Positions 9,801-24,440 of a stretch of 64,000 bases of DNA are shown here, in pieces. The position numbers were made by a program, and so were the translations under genes. How positions within the stretch are numbered: the first letter of the stretch is position 1; every line of letters begins with the position of its first letter. Source of the DNA: Setoptus koraiensis (Eukaryota > Animalia > Arthropoda). Location of the stretch: positions 4,030,001-4,094,000 of the forward strand of contig CM106585.1 in the NCBI GenBank assembly GCA_048013815.1, written 5' to 3'. The notes under the pieces were generated by a model, which saw only the letters and a list, made by a program, of their open reading frames with translations, was not told the origin of the DNA and made no database searches.

Positions 9801-12800
9801 GTGTCTACGAGATGTTATCGTACATGGAGATGAGCCAACTTCTGCTTCAGCATGAGATCCCGCGTTCATATCTATGCCCCATATAACAAGCTTAGTGCCA
9901 CCAGACCTAGGGCCTTTACTTGGTATAATAGACAATAGTTTGGGATTTACGAAGGTATATTTTTCCTCGGAACGTGCAACATAATCGTTTGTTACCCGAA
10001 CCACGATTTGTGCTGATACTGGGGATAATGATACTGGGGATAATATCTCTTCAGGAATCGTAGAGTTTAATGGCCCTCCAACCTGACAAGTTATCTGGAC
10101 GGTCTTGATGTACAGTTCCTTGAATGGATTACAACTGATGGTTCCGATCATGGCATCGGCGTGGTATAACTCTAGAGAGACCCCATTTTGAATATCCTCG
10201 AAATTTCTACCTAAATTAATGCCTTTAATAGTAATATTAGTCCCGCCTTCATAAGGTCCTGTTGCTGGTTCAAATGAATGTATTAGAGGATTGGGACAAG
10301 TGTCAGAACTTGTCAAGAACATTGGCTGTGAAACGCGGCAATGATCCTGAACCTGACAAGATTTAAGATCTTTGCACCAGCCACATCCATATTTCTCGGG
10401 TAATTCCAGACAAAACCCACAGTTTGAGGCCATGGCGGAGCAGGAATAGACTGATATGTGAATATTATCGGGATTGTCCAGCGGTTTACTTCCGTCCCAT
10501 ATAACAGCGAAAGCCGCGGAGACATTCGGTGTGCTAGCGCTATAGGTAAACTCCATTGGATCACAATAGACAGTTTCTCCGAGTAACTGAGCATTGACCT
10601 GTCTCACTCGACCCTCAATGTTAAATTGACATACAAATCTATTGGTGACTATGGCAGGAGGTATTTCGTAGACCTGCACCTGGATTCGTCTGGGCAGCCC
10701 GGATGAAACAAGAATTTCGTTTGATACTCCGTGATTATTCTGAGTTGTGTTAACGCGAGGACAAAACTTGGGCCCTGATCGAATGCTAGGACCGATTGAC
10801 TTGACGCCAGTGACTAGAACATCATTGCGACAATTTTCGCCTGTGTCATGAGTGCACCTATGACCAACAACACACCAATCACATGGGTATGGACTAGACA
10901 CACATTGAGTACATGTTGTGTAGGAGCTGCAATCGAAAAAGGTGAAGTTTGTGGCCACAAAGTCTGGTCCCTGATGTATTCTCACAGATAGCTTTGTTAC
11001 AATGTCGTGACTTAATAAGCTGGATTGAGGTAATATGTCTGTTGGCGGTGTTGGACATGTGACTCCTGATACAGATCTACTAGCACTAGTTATTTCTGTT
11101 TTTCCCTGATTGGCAAAAGTAAATGCACATAAAATTTGTCCTTCAATTTGAGGCAAGTTGTCGATGGCCAAGGCCAGTGTTCGGGTAGTTGTTCTCTGTA
11201 TTTGCGCCGGATTGACACTAGTTATCGTTGTGCACTTTCCACTTCTGTAAGATAGCCAGTATAGGGCATCTTGAGTAGCTCCGACGCAATCACTTCTCAA
11301 GGAGCATTTGTTTTCTAGCGAACACCAACCACAGTAAGGATTGTGAGCCCCCAAACATTCGGAACAAGTACGATGCATGTTACATTCTTGAACTCTGAGC
11401 AATACAACTTTCTTTTCATTCATGGCGTAGATATAACTGGCTGAGTCTCCGCTCTTATCAAGTCTCATGTCGGCACTGATGGCGAGCCTCTGCTCAGGAT
11501 CAACAATCGAATCCGAGTATTCAAAGGCTAGTCTGGCATCTTCAATCACTAATCTTTTCAAGTGGCCGTCTGATGTGCCTAGGAAAGCTACAGTGAAATC
11601 GTATGTTGGGCTTGCTACCACTGAGGTCAAAAGAATGTTGGAGTATGTCTTAACAGGACTCGTTTCTATGGGAGAAGATCCACTGATGAAATTGTTGACA
11701 TCCATACCGCAAAAATCATCGGTAATTTGCACTTGGGTGGGTATGCATGATTCAGTTGGACTCAGAAAATCAAGACCTTGGTTCCCGTAACCATTGAAAC
11801 AGTGTTGGATGTTTTGAGTGAAAGTCCTATGGACGTTTGGTAAGCCATAGACACACATGGCTGAATTGTGGCTTGGCTCATTGAAAATATCACGTTCATC
11901 CTTGGATTTTGCAAAAACAACAAATAAGACCTCATCTGATTGTGAAATACCCATTGAAATAGCTAGGTTGGTTCCGGGTGTGCCGACATAAGCAGCTTGA
12001 GCAAGATTATAATCAATTCCGGATTCTGTCCTGCACACAAGAGGTACTTCAACATAGGAATGATAATTGATGTCTTTTTGGCAAATCCTGATTAATTTTG
12101 ATATGAATGGCCTAGGAGAAGATGCCGATTTTCTCTGAACAGTAAGGAAGTAAGAAAATCCTCTAGAGGCAAAACCATAAATGTAGTTGATAGGAAATCT
12201 TTCACGTGACAATGAATTTATAGTCAATCGTGTTCCAGAGGCGACGTTAGAAGACGCAAATGCAAACATTGATTCGGGATGCAGTGATCTACTACTGACA
12301 GCCGGAACTTCATTATGATACAGTCCATTTCCTGGATATGTTGAGCCAACATATAACACAGGTTGTTGTCTAGATAAAGATTGCTTTGTAGGCCCTGGCG
12401 CAATATAAACAACTGTGGATGCTAATGGATTATTGGCAACAACAGACTCGTTAGATGGTAAGTCAAAATTAGTTATATTATCTAAATTATGCAATGCACA
12501 TGATCCTTGAAATGATGTTCCACATGATATGAGGTAAGATGCTTGTTGAGTTTGAAAAATGACCAATGCCTTGTTGTAATAAGGCAACAATCTCCTTTCG
12601 TTATCGGCGCATGTTCTAGATGAATAACACTCACTAAATGGTCCCATATCCACTTGTGCCTCTAGTTTTAGACTAGGAGATAATTGATAGATTTTATTTT
12701 TTCCACCAACAAAAACCTGACCGGTGTGTTCGTTAACAATTAATTTAAGTAATTGAGCTTCTGGATCGTTTGGTTCCCAAAATGTTGGCGATGTGATCAG

Positions 12801-13391
12801 TTTAGCAGAATGATGTGGCAATATTAGTGGTAAAGGTGGTAGCGATTGATGTTGGTGTAATAATGCCGTTTGTTGGAAATCCGATGGAAAGCTATGTGAT
12901 TGATATACCATATTTAACACAAAGAGGAACAAAAATATCAAAGAGACTATGGGTGGTGGACGGTTAAACAAGTAACATTTTAGAAGATTTGATGATGAAG
13001 ATGGTGGCCTTTTTGGATTCAACCATTGGTAAAGGAGGCGACGGCTTTTAGTTAAATGACTCATAGTGATATGCTGATAGTTTTTTTGCAAATAGGTATC
13101 ATCATGTGTATAAGTAGTAATAATATCTTGGTGGTTGTTGTGATGGTGGTGGTGGCGGTGGCCTTGGCAATTGATAATAATATTTTGGTTGATCGGAGTA
13201 TCTGATTGACTACTGGTTGTTGTTGTTGCTGATTGACACACTGGAGGCTCACATTTCTTTTTCTTTTTCCTATTGTAGGCCATATTGTTATTATTGTTTA
13301 GGTCTAAATGTGCAGGATTGGTTAGCCGGCATGAGGAAGTGGTCCAAATAGGAGTGTGTTCCCAGGCTGTGGTGGCACCATTGGGTGGCAT
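6864..13391 (-). CDS. PlexA: Plexin A (semaphorin receptor); exons 13391-7472 and 7372-6864, one 99-nt intron
   Basis: Sema domain, PSI repeats (CGWC...C), IPT repeats, TM ([26 protein letters not shown]) and cytoplasmic GAP domain ([12 protein letters not shown]). GTAAG donor at 7471 and AAACAG acceptor at 7373 restore [29 protein letters not shown]. Start is uncertain: first ATG 13391, alternative 13064 nearer the hydrophobic signal segment. Confidence 0.95.
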
Positions 13392-16300
13392 GGTGAGGTT
13401 GGTGAGTGATGTTGGTGTATGTTTGTGTGTCAATCAATTGTTGGACCCAATAATGGATTGGTGATTATGGTATTTGATGATGTTTGATTGCTGTTGCAAT
13501 ATGTGAGGTTGTTGTTTGTAGTAATTTGAGAGTGATAAGACGACGAAATAGACATTCTACTACAATGATTTGATTACTGATAAATCATGCCTGATAGATT
13601 TTTCAAAAAATTGATCAATTGACGATAATAATAATAATTCTAATGGCAATAGTGATATAATATAATAGAACAGAATAGTGCGTTCGTTAAATTTTGGAAC
13701 ATCTGATTGTGATTGTGTGTGTGTGTGTGCTCTTGGGTGAGAGAGAATGTATTGTTGTTGTTATTATTATTATGTTTTGTTGTCGGGAAGGATTGGCTAA
13801 ATTGCATGATGACTCCTTTCGTGATAATAGTTGTTGTTAGACATAGTTGTTTCACAGTATAGTGTTGTTGTTGATGTTCACAATTACTGAATTTGATGCA
13901 ACGTTTACAACGCCCTGATTGGTGGCATCTAGATAACACATTAGTGGCTTTGTCGGCATTGGTGGCGGCGATACAACAACAGCAACGCACACACACAGTG
14001 TGGCGATAATGCTAATTTGATAATAATAATAATAATAATGCAACAATTTCCTGATATTTGTTTGAATGTTCTCTGTGTCTCTCAATTGTGAATGGTGCTG
14101 CTGGTGCCGAAACAATGCTATTGATACGAATTGTTGTTGCTCGCTGCGGAATTGAGACCTCTCTGGTTTGATTTTGTCTTTGTTTTGGCTCGAGGTTGCT
14201 ATTGTTGCGCTATGAGCATTGGCTAATCAGCAACGGCGACGATTACATTGTTATTATGTGACATTGTTGCAAAGACAACAACTTCAACGACAACTGACTT
14301 GTGAGACCAACTCATCGTCTTCATTATAAATAGTAACCATTGTCTTGTGGGGCTAGCAGCGAGCAGTGATTGTGTGTGTCGTCGTCATTATCTGTCGGTG
14401 TGTTGTTGTTGTTGTTAATTACTATCTTATTGTCGTCGTCGTCGTCGTTTGCAACATCATCAATTTTTTGACTTTACTTCACTTTAATTTTATCATTTGT
14501 CTCACAAGTGATAACAGCGCCGCAGCGAACAGTAAACAGTATCGATATTGTTGTTGCCGTTGTTGTTGTGCTTGTGCAATGTTGGGCATGCCAAGATGAG
14601 CGCTGGCCGCAGTGGCTGTTGTAGTTGCTGCTGTTGTTGCTGTTGCCGTGTTGTAGTCGCTGCTGTAGTTGCTGTTGCAGTTGTGGTGCTGCCGTAGTTG
14701 CGCTGGCGACGACTGTGCGCTGCAGTGTGCGCTGGCAATTCGCTAATAGTGGCTGCCAGTTCGCTACTAGTGCCAGCGAGTGTGTGTGTGCGATCGTCAT
14801 CAACCGTGTCTTCCCCCTCGTGTTCATTGTAGTCGTCGTTCGGCGTATGTGAACGCACACACACACACACTCAAGTGCGCTATTCATGGCTGGGCAGCTC
14901 TCTTACGCTCTACTGCCAAGTGTGCCAGTTCTTCACTCGGCCCGTCTGTCTGTTTCGCCCCCAGCGCGCGCCCGTCTGTCTGCCGTTCGAACTTTGAACA
15001 GTTCGGCTCGCACTGTCCGCTCGTTCGCTTGTTCGCTCGTTCGCTGGTTTGTTCGCTCGCTTGTTCGCTGGTTCGCCAGTTCGCCTGTCCGGTTCGCCAG
15101 TCTCGCGCTTTTGTTCTATCCTCCAGCGGTGTGTGCCGCGCACAAATTGTTCGGTGCACACACTGTGCATTCACACACCGAGGGAGAGTGTGCGAAATTG
15201 CGCACACACTTCACACTGTGTCACAGCGTCGTGTGTGTGTGTGTGTGAGATCAGTGGCGTAACTGTGCCGACCCAACCCTGACCAGCCTGACCTGACCAA
15301 CACTGACTGCCCAGCAGGTTGCTGGCCGCCGCCGCCGCTGCATCACACAGCATAGGTTACGTAATGACGGCCGCTGTCACTCTTGTTGTGCGCCCACCCA
15401 TCTAAATTATGCCCCACTCATTTCGTCATTCACTTAGATTGGTCGCTGTCATGCCTCGGCCGCCATGCGTCGGCTACCTGTGTCTACCTGTCGACGGCGC
15501 AACATGATTGCCGCAGTTGTTGCTGTCGTTGTTGTTGTTGCTGTCTTTGTTGTTGTTGTTGCTGCTGTCGCTGTTGTTGTGTCGTCGAGGCCGCTGTCAA
15601 AAAAGTATCTGCGCTGGCGTGCGTTTGTTTGTGTTGGCCGATAATCTCGTTTGCGCGTACCAATTGCCAATGTAAAACGGCTGCCAACAAGCAGGCAGGC
15701 AGGCGCACAGGTGAGTGTCGACGTCACAACGCCTTATCGTTCAATCGCATCGATTTGGGCTGACATCGACATAGCGCACACAGCCGACGCTGAAATTGAC
15801 TCGCTCGCTACAGCGAGCGGCTCGCTGAATTTTGATTGATACAATCAGCTGGCTCATCACCGGCCCGACACAACAATGACATGACGTTGCGCTGCGTTGT
15901 GCGGCCACAGCGGACAGCGCCGCCACAAACATAAAGCGGCCAGGTGAAGGCCGTACCAAGACGAATCGAGCCGAAATCGAGTCGAAATGTCGTCGGACCG
16001 CCGCCGTTATTTGATTATCGCCAGTTCAATTAGGCAATTGAAGATAACGGTTGTTGTTTGGCGAAATTGTGCAGTCGAGCCAGGGTATTGTTGCCACCGT
16101 TATTGTGTTTTGAGCCGCGCTTATTACGCTGTCTGGCTGGCCGGTCGGCCGACCGGCTATTATGTCGTTGATGATGTTGTCGTTGGTGGATATAATTACC
16201 AATGGGCACGATCAGTGGCGAATCGCACACACGCCGCTCGACGCTGGCAAATATAGCGCCCAAATATCTCGGCCGTCTGGGCGCTATCAAGTGACGCCAA

Positions 16301-19300
16301 ACGGCGCCAAACAACATCGAGCGACGCCAGATAACGCCAAATAACGCCGAGCGGCGGCCGGCCCGGCGAGCTAGACAGCGACAGTGTCTGGCACTGGCTT
16401 TGCGCTGGATTTGAGCGGACAATTGATGGCCCGAGCGGGTACTCGCTGCCCAGCTCGCAGCTTGCTAGTCCAGACACGCTCTAAACAATGGCCAGGCGTG
16501 GGCGCCGGTCAGCGGGCGTGTGGGCGGTAACCTGCGTGGCGCCCGCTGCAGGTGAAGTTGATGCTTAAAATTAAATGGACAAAACTGGCGCTGGCCACTA
16601 CTCAACACACAGTGCGGCCAACGTGCCGGGATTATTACGCGTTGCTGCTCATACGCGCGCCGCGTGCTGGTACGTGTTTGCTTTGGCTCGTGGCCGCTCG
16701 GCATTGCTACACCATGTTGCGCCGCCATGATAATGATGTAACGTCATGACGGCAGCCGCGAAAACCGCTGCCAGCTTTCTGGCGCATTGTGGTGCCCGAC
16801 GGTGTCACCGTCGAGAATGCGCCAGATGAAAAACAGGAGAGAGAGAGAGAGAGACAAAATTCTTATCACACTCGAACACTGTCTTAGCTGTGACTTTTGT
16901 CCGCTGGCGACAGCACCCACCGAGTACCGACCGACAGAGTGCGCCGCTGCAAACGCAACTGGGCCCACCGACAACAATCGTTTACTGCTGCCCCAAATAT
17001 AGCGGCTAATAGCCCGGCGGCCGGCCCGCACTCAAGATAGATAGTGGCAGCGATAGCAAATAGTGTGGTTATGTCACTTATTATTGTTGTCGCACGCACG
17101 TCGCCCGGCTAAAAAACGGCGTGCTGCCGCACGCCCAACTCAATCTCATCTCGTCAGTCTGCACAATATCCGCAGCGTCCGCAGTGTCCGCAATATCCGC
17201 GCCACGCTGCGGCCACCCTGCAGCGGCGGAGCCAAACGGAAACGGGCGTTAAATCAAACAGTCGCATTGTTAAAATGGCCACCGCACGCCACTAACAACT
17301 AGTAACAACGCCCCCGGTTGGGCCGCCCGGCGAGCCCGGCGCGGCATTGTGTGGCACGGAGCGCGCGGACGGAGCCCGCAGAAGCGCTGGCTGTGAGCGA
17401 CCTGGCCAGTTGACAGGGCGGACAGCGCGAGCAGGGCCGCTCTGTCCATCAATCTGGCGGACGGACTCTTTGGGCCCAGGGCGACAGACGGGCCGAGACG
17501 AGCCGAGACGGGCCGAGATGGACGGCGCCGCGCCGAGCCAGTGCGGGCCATCCGCTGCGAACCGTCGGGTGCGGATTGTGCGCTTGTGTCGCTCGCGCCC
17601 TCACAAGCGGCCGACATTGTGCGTGGGTGCACTCTGTATCTGGGGGCTCCCCCGAATGATTCTGGCGCAATCTAGACGCATGCAGACGACGAGGATAAAG
17701 TGGCCGACACACTAATTGATGGTTGGCTACGCGCATACGCTCCACGTGCGGCGCGCCCCATTGAATCGTCTATCCATTGCCACTATTTATTGCCGCCAGA
17801 CGCGGGCCACCGCACACTGCCAGACGCTGCGAGACGCCCCAGACCCCGCCAGACGCCGCCAGATACTGGAGATACGACTAATGGAGGCTCCGTGGGCGCG
17901 CCGCGCACTCACAACAGGAAACAGCGCGGCTGGCAAATGGCGACGCGTTCATTCAGGCGCTGCCGTCGGGCCGACGGACCCGACTTGGGCGCGGGGCCGC
18001 CGTGACGGGCCAATGGGACGGCGGGACGGCTGGTGCGGCGTGCGAGCGCATGCGGTTATAAGTTGGGCGAGTTGTTCTGCTCTGGCTGCACGGCAACAGT
18101 GTCAGTGTATCGCTCTGATTTGATTAGTTGGGCGCCAGGTTGCGCCCGCACCGGCGCACCTAATGCACTGCTGGCGGGTTCAAGCGGCGCGCCCGAGATG
18201 GGGCCCGCGCACTGTAGTGTGTCTGGCTGGAATTAGTTTATATCTGAGAGTTTCAGAGACCAATCAGGGCGCCAGACGGGCGAGGGGGGCTTATCTGGCG
18301 ACAAGAGAGCGACAAGAGGGTGCGAAATTCGCGGCCTCTATTTGCATCCGCATTGACAGATAGCTAGCGCACTTGAGCATTTGACACACTATATATACAT
18401 TTGGCTATATATGCATTTGGCTGTGTGCCGACACCAGCGCAATATTGCCGACGCGCCCGCCTCAAACCCCCAACAACACATCGAAGGTGTGTTGTTGGTT
18501 TGAGTTGTCAACAAGAGCTCGCGGGGGCGCGCAACCTGGAGACGGGATCGCGAACGGGATCGCGAACGGGACCGGGATTTTGGCTTGACTGGAAATGCTC
18601 GCCGTCTGGCAGCGCATTTTTAGTTTTATCCGCTGACGCGCCATTAGCCCGTTGCAGCGCTGCAACCAGTCACATTACACACCGAGGCTCTACATTAACG
18701 GGCCCCCGGTTTGTTTTCGTCGTGTTTGCATTCGGGGCCCCGTTTGAGCTCGCACACACTCATATACGCATACACTCACATACGCATACACTCATATACG
18801 CATATACTCATATAGTCGCAGTCCGCAAACTCGTATATTGGTGTGCGCGTCGGGCCGACATACGATCGACCGATATTGCCATGTTCGACGGGGCGCGTAT
18901 CGCGAGTCGCGCCCCTCATGAGTTGGTGGCACGAGTTTGGCTTTCTGCGGCCATGGTTGTTTTTTATTTTTCACTCTCGAACACTTTTTCAGCGCTGCCC
19001 GCAGCAACATGCCAGCTAGCCGACTATGGCGCTCGACTATGGCGCTCGACTACGGTGTAGTGTTGCGTTGCCAGAAACAGTAAAGCACCGTCGGCCGAAT
19101 GTAATCAAAAATGAAGATAAGAGAGATGGCAGATATTCTATTGGAGCATGAAACAATCTCGCTCACTTGGCGCGCCAACACGCGCAACATTATTTAAGTT
19201 TACAGTTGACAAACTCGCTGCTCGTGGCTGCTCGCCTTGGCTGTTGCACTGGCTGTTGCAGTGGGCGCCGCCGCTCCGACGATACACACGACGCGCAACT

Positions 19301-20239
19301 GATACACTGCGCTGCCAGCAGCCAGCGTGATGTAACGACATTACGTAAGAGCGCGAGCATGTAAAAGGAAGGAAATTGATGCTTCCTCTCGCGCTCGCGC
19401 TCACTCTCGCTCTCTCTCGCGCTCTCAGCGGCTCTCTCGGCGGCTCAGCGGCTCGCGGGCTGCTGTTTGCGGCCCTGGCGCGGGCAAACAATAAAACTCT
19501 CAGCGTATCCGCGAGCTCGCAAACTATTGGCTATTCATGTGAACATGAATAGCCAGAGCATTATGTAATAGTGTCGACGGGCGCTAGGTTAATTCTGGCG
19601 CCCGCATCAGTAACCCGCATTATGATTGCCAGTGGCGCCACTGGTAAACACACACACACACACACACACATACACTGTCGGTTGGCCCGCCAAACTAATG
19701 GCCTGCACACACGACCAGCACCGACGGCGACACCGACAACAACGACGCGCCGACAACAACAACAACGGCAGCAACAGCGACAACGGCAGCAACAGCGACA
19801 ACGGCAACAACAACGACGCTGCCAGGTACAGCCAACAACAAATATGATGACAGGCACCCATTGGCGCAGTGTCCCGCAACCGGATGCGCCCTCTCATCCC
19901 GTTGTGCACTGTCGTGCAACTACGCTAGTCTCACACAACTAGTTATGTAACTGTGTGCAGCATACAGTTAACAGTTATATAACAGCAGTGTTATATAACT
20001 GTACGGTGTGCTGGCAGCGTGCCGGCAACGCGTGTGGTGACGCAATGTTATGTAATGTCGATTACTGGCACTACTACTGCTAACAAGCGACTGGTCGCTG
20101 GCATGCTGACGACGCTGGCAATTGCCAGCTCGCAATTGCCAGTTAACTTGAGCTTGTCAACTGGCGCTAATTCAACTCGCTCGCTCACTCATCGCTTGTT
20201 GTCGTTGATGTTGCAAACTGCGACCGGTACCGAGCGCTC

Positions 20240-20292
20240 GTTGTGCGCCCGTTGTGCGCCCGTTGTGCGCCCGTTGTGCGCCCGTTGTGCGC
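20240..20292. repeat. Tandem repeat, about 4.8 copies of GTTGTGCGCCC
   Basis: Four perfect 11-mers from 20240 plus a partial copy. Confidence 0.9.
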
Positions 20293-23200
20293 TCGTCGTG
20301 CGCGCCCGTTGCGGTGGCCGACATTTGGCAACAAACTACAAATACCTCTGGCCCACAAATACTGTCGCTGGGCGCCACCTGAGTGGCACCCAGTGACAAG
20401 CTCGCAACCGTGGCCGCGGTTAACTGCAGCAGCGGTAACAGTTGCTGTGCGGCAGTTGCCAGCCGCGGTCGAACGGGGCCCGCGCGCTCTCAGGGAGTTT
20501 GTCTGGGGCCGGCGACGATTGGCGGCCCAGAGAGGCCAGAGCGGCCCGAAGGCCAGAGAAGCCCGAGAGACCGAGCAGCCCGAGAGCCAGAGAGGCCATA
20601 GAGGCCACGGCAGCCAGAGTGGCTGATGGGGGCGACCATTGTGCCGCAACTAGCGGGCACGGCGCGATACGGGGGGGGGGCATGCAGAGGCGCGCGCTGC
20701 AGATGGAGAGATAGCGAGAAATCAATCAAGCAAATTGCGGCACACAATTGGATATACGCGGCTCGCAATTGGATTAGCGCCGGCCGGGCCAAAGTGACTT
20801 AATCAGAGGGCCGAGCGACATGATTCAATTAGATGCCCGATGCGAGTTACTCGCGGCGAGTGAGGCCCGCCAGCCGCCGGACAGCTTGTGATTTGCGCGC
20901 CATTCGCGCGCGCGCCCCTCATTCGGCCCTCGCTCAATGGGCACTCGCCGGCGATTCGATGCCCACTGAGAGCGCGGCCGACTCCACTACTCGCTGGCCG
21001 GCCAGCCAATCGGCCGGTCGGTCGGCCGGGCGCACTCAGCCGCTTGTTTGCTGGCCGCTAAGCTGCCTATAACAGGGCTGCGTTGTTATTATTATATCCG
21101 CTCGCTTGTATATTATTATTGTTGTTATTATTATATCGACACATCCACACATTCATACATGGACATATCGCTTATATCGTTATACGTCCACATGCAACTG
21201 CGCCCGCTAATCTGGCCAGCGGAGGCCAGCGGCGGCGGCAACGGAGGTCGCGACCAGCAAATGTAATTGACTGCCACTTGCCAGGCTGTGCTGTTCGCGT
21301 TGCGTAATTGGCTAGTCATTGAAGCAAATTAGTTTGATAATAGTTGTGTCTCTACCGTTGCTCTCCCTTTCTCTCTCTCTCACTCTCTTTCTCTCTGGCC
21401 GTCGGCTGGCCAGCGAGCGAGCATCCCGCTCCTTAGCTGGCTGTTATTTCGCTGTTATTTGGCTGTTACTTCGCTGTTGCTCAGTGCATTCCGTGTGCTC
21501 GGTCTCGGTCGCTACTGGTCAGCGACCAACAACAACTAAATATAACAGACAACAACAACAACAATCGCTGATATTCACCCGCTCAGCTGATAAAACTTGC
21601 CAGTGCCATACACACACAAGATTTATAATATAATTCGCCTGGATACGAGCCGCTCGCAGCTGATCGCGGCGCGCCGACTTGCATCATGTGGCCGCCGCCT
21701 CTGATTGGAATAGTCGACAAGTGGCAAGTTGACTCATTGCCATTCATTGCGTTGTTGCGCAACGTGAGATACCAGCGACACACACACACACACTGTGCGC
21801 CGGGCACCAGCGGCGGCTATTACGCAATCGCTCGCTAATTTCATTGAGTCATATGCAGCCGATGAGTCAGGCGGCGTCGCTGTTGCTGTTGCTGTCGCTG
21901 TTGCTGTTGCGGCGCAAACACAGAGCGAGCGCACAGTGCAAAAGAATGGCCGCGCCGGCATGAGAATCGAGGAGCCGTCAGTGCGGCCGCTCGGCGACGA
22001 TGCGCAACAACAGCGCCGGCCATAACACGCCAGATTGTTATGCAATAAAACGACAGGACGACTTGACACACGACTGCATTCTCCGCTCGGCTTCTGCGGC
22101 CGGCCCGGCCCGGTCCGGCCGGCACTGCGCACATTAACATTAATAAAGACTTTCGTTTTGCATTTGTGCTCGCCGCCGTCTTGCTGTCGTGGTTGCCGCT
22201 GCTGTCGTGGTTGCCGCTGCTGTCGTAGCCGCTGTTGTCGGCGTTGCCGTTGTTGTCGTCGCTGGCGCTGTCGTTGTTGCTGCCGCCGGAGCCGCGCTGG
22301 ATGCGGCCCGGCCGGTCGCCGGGCCGGCGAGATGCCGCTGCGAGGTTGCGGGACGCAAGTTGGCAAGAGTTGGCCAGAACGGCCGAGAACGGGCAACCTA
22401 CGATGAATGGGCTGCGACAGGCTCGGCAGCGTGCGATCGGCCGGCCAGAAGCCATGTCATGTGTGCACTTACGCAACAGTATTCGCAGGCAGCCATGAGA
22501 GCGCCGGCAGCGGCAGCAGCACATACAAATATATGGATATAAATGCGTGGAAAGAACACGAGAATTCAATTTAATTCATAAATTATCGTCGCCGGGCTCG
22601 GCTCATCTAATAAACTCGCAGCCTGCCCATTATGAGTCACACTGCTCATAATGGATCCTTGTCGTATCTATTATTCCTCGTTCCTTCGTTCTTTCGTTCT
22701 TTGGCTGTTCGTTCTTTGGCTCGTTCTTTGGCTCGCTCCTTCGGTCGTTCGCTGGCTCGCTCTTCGGTCGTTCGCTGGCTCGCTCGTCGCTCGTTCGCTG
22801 GCTGTTCGGCGTGCCTCGGCAGACGGGAAACATGTTGTTGTTGTCGCTGCTGCCGGCCGACAACATGTTATTGTTGTCGCAGTCTGTTGCGTCATCGTGC
22901 CGCTGCTGCTGTCGCACTGGCAAATCTGCTCTCAATGGGACTATCATCTCGCTATTCATGCATTGTGATGCTGCTGTTGTCTCATTCAGCGCCGGCCTCA
23001 CACATCGAGCAGGCGAGCGGCTCTCGTCATCAACAGGCCAACCGCCAGATCCGGGCGTCACGATGCGCCGCACAATGGCGCTCACTGACAGCTCGACAAA
23101 CTCGGCTCAACAATTGTCGTCCCGACCCGACACAACCCGAGCGTCCGCACACCGTCTCTGGCGGCACACCGTCTCTGGCGGCACACCGTCTCTGGCGGCG

Positions 23201-24387
23201 CACCGACTCTGGCGGCGCACCGTCCGCATGCTGCACCGCGGAGTCCAACCAGAGTCACCATAATTGCGCGGCTGGGCGTGCCCGTCCGCCGGCGAGGCTC
23301 CGCGCCGCTCGCCGGGGCAAGTTGTTAGCGAGCGTATGGCAGCCAGATCGGATTCGATCGGACACGGCGCGAAGCGCTCGGGCATCCACTGCATTCACTC
23401 TGCCCGACGTATTCACCATGTCCGACGTGTTCGCCGCATTCAATGTATTCACTATATTCCAAATACTCGCCAGATATACAAATGCGTATGTGTGTTTGCA
23501 TAATGTATAATGCGCCTAATGATCGCACAGCACAGCACAGCACAGCACTCACAAACAATTGCATAATGACGCAATCAATTTATATGGGCATCTCTTAGCC
23601 GTTGATCGCAACCGTTGGTAATTATTGGTTTAACAATGTTGGCCCCAATTCGCCAATACCCGCCAGTTCCAAAAATAACCGCCACCAGTTGTCAGCGGTT
23701 ATTTGCGGACTGTTCAGGCACGATTGTGGGCGCCATCACGATGCTATTATCTACTGGCGTCTATTGCCATATTTGTTCGCTTGGGGCCCGCGCTCCATGC
23801 GGCCCCATTCCCGACACTCACACTGGCTTCGACGGGTCACGAGCGGGTGGCGTCAATTGCGTCGCATTGAAATAAATTCGACCGCTGTAATCGATCATCT
23901 TTGTCCAGCGAGTCTCACTCTTAATATCTGCTTGTTTTACACTCTGCGTGTTTGCATCGCAGCGCTCAACTGGCAAGCTCAACTCAAAATGTTCAACTCG
24001 CAATGGTCATTTCCGAACGTTCCACTGTCCGAGTGGCGAATGTTCCACTGTCCAAGTGGCGAATGTTCACCTGTCAATGTGGCGAATGAACACACCGAAC
24101 ACGTTACTTACGTAACATTGCTAGTGCTGCCTGTAACATTGGCGGTTGAAAAAGTTGCTCACAGAAAGGGATTAACAAACAGTGACAGGTACCTGTCCGA
24201 CTCAAGCGCCCCGTCGCATGAGGGCACCAAAAACGATTCGGCCAGCATGCAACGTGTTGTGCTGACCAATGCCACTGATGTCACGGCCCGCAGTGGATAA
24301 ACCAATGGAACCAATGAACTAATTTGAGGCCCCGTTCTGCGTGCAAACTCTGTCGTGCACACTCTGGCGAGCGAATTTCGTCGCGAA

Positions 24388-24440
24388 AATTCCGTCGCCA
24401 GAATTCCGTCGCCAGAATTCCGTCGCCAGAATTCCGTCGC
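24388..24440. repeat. Tandem repeat, about 3.8 copies of AATTCCGTCGCCAG
   Basis: 14-mer units at 24388, 24402 and 24416, partial at 24430. Confidence 0.9.
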
